A DNA stretch of 64,000 nucleotides from a virus (lineage: Duplodnaviria; Caudoviricetes), in IMG/VR virus record IMGVR_UViG_3300035507_000332, one strand, 5' to 3'. The stretch's first letter is position 1; the number at the start of each line of letters is the position of its first letter. Below the pieces are notes generated by a model. The model had not been told where the DNA came from, searched no databases, and saw only the letters and a list, made by a program, of their open reading frames with translations. Of the stretch, positions 30,513 through 38,922 are shown piece after piece. A program made the translations under genes and the position numbers.

Positions 30513-30913
30513 CACTACGTTTCCACGGAAACGACTGGGATAAATTTGACATGCAGATTAGTTGGGTAGATGCGGATGGATTTTCCATGCTAGCAGACAC
30601 AACAAGCGAAAGCTTGACAGAAGACCAACTCAAGGTAGTAGCGGCGATTGCAGGCCCATTAGTTGCGTTAAAAGCAGACTGGATGGCCAAGCAAGTCATT
30701 GTGACGAAATTCCGAGACAGCCTCAACCTAATTGTCATTGCCGAAAAAGAAAAGAACGGACAAGTGGCGACCAAGGTATTTACCGAAAACGACCTCGAAG
30801 AACTGCGCATTACCGACGAAGCGTCAATTGCATTGTTCGACGGCATTGTAGCCTCCGTACGTACGGAAGAAACGACCGAAGAAACAGCAGACACCGAAGA
30901 AGTTTCCGAATAA
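30494..30913 (+). CDS. hypothetical protein
   Basis: start reassigned to ATG 30494; followed by a terminator at 30937-30965. Confidence 0.65.
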   Translation: MADERLTLRFHGNDWDKFDMQISWVDADGFSMLADTTSESLTEDQLKVVAAIAGPLVALKADWMAKQVIVTKFRDSLNLIVIAEKEKNGQVATKVFTENDLEELRITDEASIALFDGIVASVRTEETTEETADTEEVSE

Positions 30914-30994
30914 CCAACGCCAAAACATCTTACCAAGAGAGGGGCGAGCAACCCCTCTCTTTTTTGTCCCTAGGTGTAAGTATATGAGTAGAAT

Positions 30995-31531
30995 ATGAGC
31001 ATGAGGATAGCACTTGACATTGGACACGCAAATGGGACAGGCGCACGAGGAAACGGACTAGAAGAACATGCAGTTGCAAAGACAATCGTATGTGCTTTAG
31101 CGTCAAAGTTATCCGCAATGGGGCACGACGTAACCGTCATCGACTTCCCCGAAATGAGCAACCGAGACGACCTAAACGCCACGGTAAAAGCAGCGAATTC
31201 AGGGAACTACAACCTAGGCATCTCAATCCACTGCGACTGTTCAGACAGTTCAGCTGCAAGAGGGGGACACGTATGCTACTTCCCTTCATCGAAGAAGGGC
31301 AAGGCGTTAGCAGAAGCAATAGCAAAGCCACTTTCAACCTTACTACCTGGAAGAGCTAATACGACGGTAGAGCGAGGAAATTTGGCAGTATTAAAACAAA
31401 CCAACCCAGTATGGGTATTGTGCGAATGTGGGTTTATTAGCAACGAAGGAGACGCACAAGTAATGAAGGACAATCCTGGAGCAATTGCAGAAGCCATTGC
31501 GCAAGGGATTAAAGTTTACCTCGAATCATGA
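30995..31531 (+). CDS. N-acetylmuramoyl-L-alanine amidase (Amidase_3), endolysin
   Basis: LDIGH..G..E, ISIHCD, NLAVL, VLCECGFISN. Confidence 0.92.
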   Translation: MSMRIALDIGHANGTGARGNGLEEHAVAKTIVCALASKLSAMGHDVTVIDFPEMSNRDDLNATVKAANSGNYNLGISIHCDCSDSSAARGGHVCYFPSSKKGKALAEAIAKPLSTLLPGRANTTVERGNLAVLKQTNPVWVLCECGFISNEGDAQVMKDNPGAIAEAIAQGIKVYLES

Positions 31532-31749
31532 ATACTATAGAATTAGAACTCGGTGAAAAAATTCTTCGAGAACATAGCTCTGAGCGCACTCGGTGTACTG
31601 TTTACACTCGGGTCATGGGCTACCATCGCCCTGTTGAGACGTTTAATAAGGGCAAGCAAGGAGAATTCGAAGACCGCACACACTTCATTGAGCCTACCCA
31701 CGACAATGAGCCGAGCAATCTGCATCATCCCAGCGAAGAAAAACTCTGA
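31528..31749 (+). CDS. stand-alone NrdD C-terminal glycyl-radical domain
   Basis: CTVYTRVMGYHRPVETFNKGKQGEFEDR. Confidence 0.85.
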   Translation: MNTIELELGEKILREHSSERTRCTVYTRVMGYHRPVETFNKGKQGEFEDRTHFIEPTHDNEPSNLHHPSEEKL

Positions 31750-32347
31750 GAGACTACCTCAGAAGAATTTCTTACCTCTAGGGGGCGTTCCATTGTGGAT
31801 ACACACAGTGGAACATGCCCTCAAGGAAGACTTTGAATTTGTAGTCAGTACCGACAGCCAAGAAATCATCGACGAATGCAAGAAAAAAGGTTGGCGATAC
31901 TTTGAAGAAACGGTTGACGACTCAGACATGAGCAACTGCGTACGCCAAGTCCTCACCGAGTACGAAGACTACGACTACTACATCATTCTACAGCCGACCT
32001 CACCCTTCCGAGAATACGGCATCTTGAAGTACGTCAAGACGGTACTAGATACCAACCCCGAACTAGACATCGTATACACAGCCCAGAAGGTAAAGCCTAT
32101 TGGATTGTGCATTCACAGTGGCAAGGAAAAGTTCATCATCAACAAGCGAGAGCAAGATTCCAAGAGTTTCTTGTTCCAGTACGACGGCAACACCTTGGCA
32201 GGGCGAGTAGACGTATTCAAGCGAGAACAGCAAATCTTTTTCAAGGGTATGAAGTCGAAATTCGTCATCGACGCCTACCCATTTTCCATCCAAATTGACA
32301 CCCTAGAAGAGTATTTATTTTTGTCGAAAATCTATTTCACTCTATAG
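31706..32347 (+). CDS. CMP-N-acetylneuraminate/nonulosonate synthetase (NeuA-like cytidylyltransferase)
   Basis: IIPAKKNSERLPQKN, VVSTDS, ILQPTSPFR, IQIDT. Confidence 0.88.
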   Translation: MSRAICIIPAKKNSERLPQKNFLPLGGVPLWIHTVEHALKEDFEFVVSTDSQEIIDECKKKGWRYFEETVDDSDMSNCVRQVLTEYEDYDYYIILQPTSPFREYGILKYVKTVLDTNPELDIVYTAQKVKPIGLCIHSGKEKFIINKREQDSKSFLFQYDGNTLAGRVDVFKREQQIFFKGMKSKFVIDAYPFSIQIDTLEEYLFLSKIYFTL

Positions 32348-32881
32348 GTGATGAACATAGCATTGGTGGGAAACAAGCAAGTAAATCTGCGAAACAACAG
32401 CAAGCTCATAGACTCCTGCGACTTAGTTGTACGAGTGAACAAAATGTGCAACTTAGACACAGGTCTAACAGGCAAGCGCACGGATTGGTTATTCAACGTT
32501 ATAAACCCCCACTACTGGACATGTTCGTTTGAGCGAAGGCACGGATTTTTGATACCGCAAATTTCCAAGGTTTGGGTGAATGGGTATTGGTACAAAATGG
32601 CAAGCATCAGAGCCAAGCAAGAAATGCAAGCGTGGAACTTTGAATTTATACCAGGCTATGTATTTTCAGACTCAGGGAGGTGGACAACCGCCGCCCATTG
32701 CTTGAAATTTGTGCATATGTCATTTCCCGAAGCCCATATCTACTTTGCAGGGCAAGCATCACCGACGACCTGGAGAAGAGAAAGACACGAAGGCACGTGG
32801 CACACAGGAAGCGAAATGCCATTTTACCGAAGATTAGAGCGAGAGGGCATCGTAGAATTTCTTGACGGAGAAGACGTATGA
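32348..32881 (+). CDS. GT29 sialyltransferase-like protein 1
   Basis: sialylmotif-L-like ALVGN..IDSCDLVVRVN..GKRTD; TTA; H...E. Confidence 0.75.
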   Translation: MMNIALVGNKQVNLRNNSKLIDSCDLVVRVNKMCNLDTGLTGKRTDWLFNVINPHYWTCSFERRHGFLIPQISKVWVNGYWYKMASIRAKQEMQAWNFEFIPGYVFSDSGRWTTAAHCLKFVHMSFPEAHIYFAGQASPTTWRRERHEGTWHTGSEMPFYRRLEREGIVEFLDGEDV

Positions 32882-33411
32882 ACATTGCCCTCATAGGCAA
32901 CAAAACCATCAACTTGCGAAACAATGGGCGACTTATAGATTCTTGCGACTTAGTGGTTAGGGTGAACAAGATGTGCAACTTAGACACCCACCTTACAGGC
33001 AGGAGGACAGACTGGCTAGTAACCACAATTACCTACAATTTGTGGTGCCACACAAGAGAAGAGAGGCACGCCGATTTAATACCCACCATTGACAAAGTAT
33101 TCATCGACGCAAGAGAATACCCCTTCTTGGATATCAAGCACAAAGCAGAGGTAGACACCTGGAACGCAATAGCATTACCCTTTTCTACCTACGACAGATT
33201 TCCGAAATGGACAACCGCCGCAATAGCATTACGACTATTGCACGAAACCTACCCCGAAGCCCACATCTATTTTGCAGGGCAAGACAGCCACACGACGTGG
33301 CTAAAGAACAGAGACCTCATCACCAAACACGAAGACGGACAAGAACTACCCTACTACAAGTACTTGGAAGACAAAGGCGTAGTAGAATTCTTGGACGCCG
33401 AAATCTTCTAG
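32878..33411 (+). CDS. GT29 sialyltransferase-like protein 2
   Basis: paralog with the same motifs. Confidence 0.75.
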   Translation: MNIALIGNKTINLRNNGRLIDSCDLVVRVNKMCNLDTHLTGRRTDWLVTTITYNLWCHTREERHADLIPTIDKVFIDAREYPFLDIKHKAEVDTWNAIALPFSTYDRFPKWTTAAIALRLLHETYPEAHIYFAGQDSHTTWLKNRDLITKHEDGQELPYYKYLEDKGVVEFLDAEIF

Positions 33412-33412
33412 C

Positions 33413-33943
33413 ATGAACATTGCGCTCATAGGCAACAAAGAGACAGGCTTAAGAAACAACAGCCGACTGATAGACTCATGCGACTTGGTTGTCAGAGTCA
33501 ACAAGATGTGCAACCTAGACACAGGATTGACAGGAAAGCGCACAGATTGGCTTATAACCACCCTATACAGAGACTTGTGGACACACAGTAGGGAAAGACG
33601 CCACGCCGATCTCATACCCAAATTAGACAGGGTATTTGTAGACATGACTCGGTTTAACGAATTACGCCCAGAAGAGAGAGCCGAAGTACTTTCCTGGAAA
33701 CCGCTCGGAATTCCCACCGAGATGAGGAAGAAATGTTTTTGCTGGACAACCTCAGCGTTAGGGCTTTACATGTTGTATTCACTCTTCCCACATGCCCACA
33801 TCTACTTTGCAGGACAAGACGCACCGAACACGTGGTTACAGACAAGAAACGCATCAGCCATGCAAAAAGGCTACGAATTACCATTTTTCAAGGCACTTGA
33901 AGCTCAAGGAGTTGTAGAATTTTTGGATGAAGATCAATTTTGA
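33413..33943 (+). CDS. GT29 sialyltransferase-like protein 3
   Basis: paralog; motif-VS His not evident. Confidence 0.72.
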   Translation: MNIALIGNKETGLRNNSRLIDSCDLVVRVNKMCNLDTGLTGKRTDWLITTLYRDLWTHSRERRHADLIPKLDRVFVDMTRFNELRPEERAEVLSWKPLGIPTEMRKKCFCWTTSALGLYMLYSLFPHAHIYFAGQDAPNTWLQTRNASAMQKGYELPFFKALEAQGVVEFLDEDQF

Positions 33944-33945
33944 TA

Positions 33946-33974
33946 TTGACTAAATTCCATATCACATGTATAAT
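33946..33974 (+). promoter_or_regulatory. sigma70 promoter for a near-leaderless gene
   Basis: TTGACT-17-TATAAT, ATG at 33982. Confidence 0.8.
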
Positions 33975-33981
33975 CTGGGGC

Positions 33982-34362
33982 ATGGAAAGCATCCAAAAAC
34001 CAAATAGTATTATCGGCTACATCTCCACCGAAAACGGCAAGGACCTAGTAGAAGCAATCATCAAGCGATTCCCACGCCAGACAAACTCAAGTACAGTTAT
34101 CCAAGTGAATGTTGTGCATTCAAGTTTTGGTTTAGCCCTCTTGAGCATCGAAAGTGAGCAATCGTCTGGACTGAGCGTCATTGGTTATGCAGTAGTACCA
34201 ACAGTACGATTAGCATCCACCTTTGATTTAGTCAAGAACACCGCATCTTTGCGATTCTTCTCAACGGTATACGACCAAGCAGAATTCTTTGAAGACTTCA
34301 ACAAAGCAACACGCTTTTATCAAGAAGAAGCTGCAAAGAAGAATTTGCTACTCGACAAGTAA
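33982..34362 (+). CDS. hypothetical protein
   Basis: start reassigned to the ATG after the promoter. Confidence 0.6.
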   Translation: MESIQKPNSIIGYISTENGKDLVEAIIKRFPRQTNSSTVIQVNVVHSSFGLALLSIESEQSSGLSVIGYAVVPTVRLASTFDLVKNTASLRFFSTVYDQAEFFEDFNKATRFYQEEAAKKNLLLDK

Positions 34363-34383
34363 CCCATAACCCTATCCCTTTGT

Positions 34384-34974
34384 ATGGACGAAAACGCCCC
34401 AGGATACGCAGGATACATGCAAACCATGCAGGAGGTTGAAGAAAATCTGCAAGCCAAGCTTGTTAAGAAATTTGAAGACCAGATTGCATCCGACGATTCA
34501 AACAGCGACGAGTGGCAACCGAAGACAAAATTCTACAACGAGCTACTCAGCCTGTACAACATTCTACAAACGTTCATCCTTGACGACGAGCCTTATCTAG
34601 GAGCGAACGCCAGAGAAATTGTACACAACATCGACCGTCCTCACCTCGACGAAGAAGATCGAAGCAACGAACAGATGATTGAGCTAACAAGTCGGCTCAA
34701 GTCCATTAACCGAGCGTTCAGAACACTCCTCCTGGAATATAACGTGCGGTTAATGTGGGAAAAGTGCGACAGATTCACCTTCAACTACCTACTCTTAGGT
34801 ACAGAAGACTATAAAGCCATAACCATCTGCAAGTACGCCGACCACCTTGATAACCCAGACTTTATGATACTCTGGGAAGTCAAGCCCAACCCAGAAAAAC
34901 ACACCCACTACCGATTGAAAATTTCCGATCGAGCCACTATCGACGAGAAAATGCCCAGAGAACTAGAATTTTAA
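34384..34974 (+). CDS. hypothetical protein
   Basis: 196-aa ORF. Confidence 0.65.
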   Translation: MDENAPGYAGYMQTMQEVEENLQAKLVKKFEDQIASDDSNSDEWQPKTKFYNELLSLYNILQTFILDDEPYLGANAREIVHNIDRPHLDEEDRSNEQMIELTSRLKSINRAFRTLLLEYNVRLMWEKCDRFTFNYLLLGTEDYKAITICKYADHLDNPDFMILWEVKPNPEKHTHYRLKISDRATIDEKMPRELEF

Positions 34975-34979
34975 TTCCC

Positions 34980-35384
34980 ATGAAAAAAAGAAAGAAGCTC
35001 TCGATTCCCCCACAGCCGAACGACTTGATATTCTACAGCCAGTTCACAGAAACCTACATCTTAGCCACGCTCAAGAAAAGTTTCTACGGTACAGCCAGGT
35101 TGTACTCACCTATCACAGAAGAAGAAATTCTCTTCAACTATGGTGAGTGGGCAAGCAGGGAATTCGAGAACTTCTTCCCTTACTTCCGAGGGCAAGGGGA
35201 AACAATAAGTTGGTTTACCGAATGTTTCCTCATTGCCGACGACGACCACCTGAAAATTCAGGCATTCTTCGATCGAGTCAACGAACAACTCTACGGACCA
35301 AAAGAACGTTGGACGCCTCTCGAAATGCAAATTTTGACAAGAGAGATGTTCGAGGATAGAGTCGGAATGCCAAACGTCGAGTGA
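34980..35384 (+). CDS. hypothetical protein
   Basis: 134-aa ORF. Confidence 0.6.
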   Translation: MKKRKKLSIPPQPNDLIFYSQFTETYILATLKKSFYGTARLYSPITEEEILFNYGEWASREFENFFPYFRGQGETISWFTECFLIADDDHLKIQAFFDRVNEQLYGPKERWTPLEMQILTREMFEDRVGMPNVE

Positions 35385-36220
35385 AAAACTACCACTACTT
35401 TCTCGCCTCAACAGAATTTGCCAAAGCAAAGCGCATAGAAGAGGCTGTAATACGCTACTACCAGAGCCTTGGACATCACGTCAGGTCTGCTAGAAAAGAC
35501 GAGGAATACACCGACATAGACGTCATTGTCGAAGACTTCCTCACCATTAGCGTAAAAAACCAACAGGCCGCATTGCGCACAGGTAACCTAGCCTTTGAAG
35601 TCTCTGATAACAACAAAGACTCATGGTTTATCACAGGAAAACCCAGAGTTTACGCAATCTGTTGGGGTGAGAAGGTACGTTTTTTCGACGCCTTTCAGCT
35701 CAAACAACTTGTCTATCTTTTAGAAAGCAAAGGTCTAACTCAAAGAAAAAGAATATCCTGCCAGCAAAACCGCAAAAATTACATCCCACGCAAAACAATT
35801 AACTTAATTGTTGCAATTTCACACCTGCAGGGTATAATCTTAAACGAAATTGATATAAAAAACTACTTACCGCATATGAGACAAGGCTTTCTTTTTGAAG
35901 ATTTTGATAATGCCCCAGAAGAAACGTTGCCCATTCAAGATGAATGGTATAAGTTAATGCAACGAGACGACGGAACTTTCTACTTGCGCACCCAAAAAGG
36001 CAAAGAATTGCCCATGAATTGCGCAGGAAAAGCTCTCAACGAACTCAAAAAAGAAATCCGTTGGTACGACGAAATCATCTCCGATACCGACGAGGACGAA
36101 GAATGGGTGCGCATCCGTGAAGAACTCCAACAACAAGCTAGTTTTCTTGTCCAGGCAATCCGCCTCTACAGAGAATTCTCTTCACAAAAAGAAGATGGTG
36201 CTAACGACGAAGACTTATGA
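35381..36220 (+). CDS. PD-(D/E)xK nuclease-like N-terminal domain plus acidic C-terminal domain
   Basis: E....Y, DIDV..ISVKNQ..TGNLAFE. Confidence 0.5.
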   Translation: MKNYHYFLASTEFAKAKRIEEAVIRYYQSLGHHVRSARKDEEYTDIDVIVEDFLTISVKNQQAALRTGNLAFEVSDNNKDSWFITGKPRVYAICWGEKVRFFDAFQLKQLVYLLESKGLTQRKRISCQQNRKNYIPRKTINLIVAISHLQGIILNEIDIKNYLPHMRQGFLFEDFDNAPEETLPIQDEWYKLMQRDDGTFYLRTQKGKELPMNCAGKALNELKKEIRWYDEIISDTDEDEEWVRIREELQQQASFLVQAIRLYREFSSQKEDGANDEDL

Positions 36221-36546
36221 AAGACTCTCTTTTTGAGGAGGAAGACCGTATTATCTTCCTCCTACAGAATAATAAAGGTGCGTTCTATGCCACAACCACC
36301 GACGATAGGTACGCTGAATCTAGGGAATTACGTCTCGCCAAAATTTACACGTCCCTCGAAGCCGTAAAGAACGACCAGTACCTCCTAAAACGATTCTCAA
36401 AAGCCGAGTGGCACATCCGACCACTCGGCTTTGGAACGTATTGTGAAAAGCTCTTTGAAGAAGCCTACCATACCGTTTTTGGCAAGGACGTCAAAGCCGA
36501 TGAGGTAGACGAAATTCTCAATGAGCTGGACGATTTGTTTTTATGA
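36217..36546 (+). CDS. hypothetical protein
   Basis: 109-aa ORF. Confidence 0.6.
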   Translation: MKDSLFEEEDRIIFLLQNNKGAFYATTTDDRYAESRELRLAKIYTSLEAVKNDQYLLKRFSKAEWHIRPLGFGTYCEKLFEEAYHTVFGKDVKADEVDEILNELDDLFL

Positions 36547-38468
36547 TTCTTCGCTTTCTTCTTCTTCATCATCCTTAGGGATGGTGGGGGTGTATGGCTC
36601 GGTTGTTTTCTCAATGACGGCATTGTAGCTGAGTGCTTCCATACAACGAAGGAATTCGTCTCCGTCGCCTGAATAAAACTGATTGTTCTCAATAATGATT
36701 GTGCCAGATTTGAAGAGGATACTAGCGAAATTGTTGTAATTCCAGTACAGGTACGGACGACCATACGAAGGATTGTTTTTAAATTCTGCAATCTTAGCGA
36801 AAGTCTTTTTGGTCTTAGGGTCGAAAGAGTCTGTGTAAACGTGGATATTCCTGTCGCTATCTAGGACGAGGTAAATGTTACTGAATCCGTTTCTTCTGTA
36901 TTGGTTTATAGTATCTGTCGTCCAGTAAGTTCCTGTTCTCATGCTTACAATGTTCGTATCTAGAAAGAGTGGGTAGTCTCCATTTTCTCTTTCTCCAGAT
37001 CTTCTTACATAAACTACGACTTTTTTTGGATTTGTCATTCCTTCGCTTTTGTCGGGGTCTATAAGGGTAGGATATAGAACTATATCAATTAGGCAACCGC
37101 CTGAAAATTTTAGATACCATGTAGATGCGCCGTCTGCGCTTATGGGGACATAGGGAAAATCGGTGGTTATGTCTTTTACTTTAGAAAAAAAAGAGGTCCC
37201 AGAACATCCAGAACCATATGAAAAGCAAATGCGGTAAGGGTCGTTGTCGTCTCTTATGGTTATGGGGATGATTGCAAAAACAGAATTCTCTTCTCTTATA
37301 GGGTAAATGTTTTTAGAGTAGTAGCTACTATTCACAGATACGTATTTAATGGCGTCAGCGTCTACACCAGACTTTGCACCCCAGGAGTATTTCATGCCTT
37401 TGGCTATTTCATAATATGTACACGTGTCGTTGTTGCTACCTCCAACATAAGTTTTCCCCACAAGGTTGATAGGATTCATCAAAGTAGCAAGCTTAAAAGA
37501 AGCTGCCTCCTGAGACAAAGGAACTCCTGTATTGTTAAGAATAACAGGAGCTTCAAAAGTTTTTTGGCCAGTGATGGTTTGGTCGGACTCAACGTCGATG
37601 TAATTGCCAGCGATTTGTTTAGCGTTCCAAGCGTCGATTTGTTCCTGGGTTAGGTGAATGGACGAGTTGGTTGTGTGGGCTTCAATCTTGGCATCAGTGG
37701 TAGCAATAGCTTCCTTTGCTTCATCAACCTTAGCATCCGTACTAGCTACAGCATCCTTTAGTTCATCAGAGGTGGCGTAGTCGCCTTTTTCTTGGAAATT
37801 AGCCTCGATATAAGACTTGGGCAGGACTTGGTTGGCTAATTGGTCTTCTGTGTAGCTATCTGTATCTGTTTGAACTTGCTCGACCGTGAGAATGGAATTT
37901 TTTTCAACGTTGGCACGTGCGCCTCTAAAGTTAAACCAACCATTGAGCCAACTTGTCTGATAACCGCAAAGGTGTGCGCCTGTTCCAACCAGAGCAAGCT
38001 CTCTGCAAAAGTATTTAGCGGCGTTGATTCTTTGGTAATTAGTTGTCGTATCGACATAATCACCTGCGTCTTGTTTGGCATCCCAAGTAGTTTTTTGTTG
38101 TGCGGTAACGTGGATATCGGAATTTTCCGTGTGTTCAGCGACGGACTTAGAGAGTTCAGCGGTTTGTTCAGTAGTTGTGTAGTCACTGAGATCGACGCTG
38201 GTATGCCCGATAAGTTCAAAGCGACCATTAACCCAAACATACTCATCACAATAGTCGTTTAACCCATTACCGCTCGACGCATTAGAGACGAAGTAAATCA
38301 CCCCGATCTCGCCAGAGTCAGGGAGCTTATCAACGACGACAGGCTTCAAAGCCGAGTCCAGAGTCGCCAGAGCGTCCCGAACTTCCTGCTTAGTAGCGAA
38401 GTCGCTCACGAAAGGAATCAACCCCTTAGAGGGTGAATGACATAGTAAGTTGTATTGTTAGTTTCCAT
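36541..38468 (-). CDS. second fibre-like protein, paralog of 25363-29658, with a frameshift after codon 13
   Basis: ATG 38468 gives METNNTTYYVIHP, then SKGLIPF.. continues in another frame, matching the paralog YYVVHPSKGLIPF. Confidence 0.75.
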
Positions 38469-38553
38469 ACCCACAAAATTTATGTACGAATGTGAAAGAA
38501 TTTACACTCTTTGTTTTTACCTAGAATTCCCAGAATTGTGTAATCATTAGCGT

Positions 38554-38817
38554 ATGCAAAAGTGGGCACTCGATAAAAAGCTTGCCGAAATCCTCGCCAT
38601 TTTTGAATTCGAATTCGGTGTGGAAGGGCAGAGCTACAAAGAACTGAAAGCACTCGCCGATAAGTTAAAGACCGACGAAGTAGTAGACAAGAAAGCCACT
38701 ACCGTTGCCAGCCCAACGGTAGAAGAAACTACCCCTGCGACGCAAGAAGAGACCGTTGTAGAAGTAGCCACAGAAGAAGCACAAGAAGAGACAACCGTGC
38801 GTCGCCGACGCAAGTAA
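38554..38817 (+). CDS. small T/E-rich hypothetical protein
   Basis: 87-aa ORF after GTGTAA; terminator at about 38846-38883. Confidence 0.6.
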   Translation: MQKWALDKKLAEILAIFEFEFGVEGQSYKELKALADKLKTDEVVDKKATTVASPTVEETTPATQEETVVEVATEEAQEETTVRRRRK

Positions 38818-38922
38818 GAGACAACACTTTCTCCACCGCAATTCGCCCTCTCCTGGATTTTTTCTGGGGGAGGGAATTTTTTTCTTGACGCCTCGGAATC
38901 TTCACGTAAAATAATAACCGAC

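Noticed and set aside
31553-31705. TM-like N-terminal extension of the CMP-sugar synthetase from GTG 31553
   Set aside because: Lies entirely within the conserved NrdD-domain ORF in another frame; the family N-terminus matches ATG 31706
25363-38468. Diversity-generating retroelement or invertase-driven fibre switching
   Set aside because: No reverse transcriptase, template/variable repeat pair or recombinase recognised in the window
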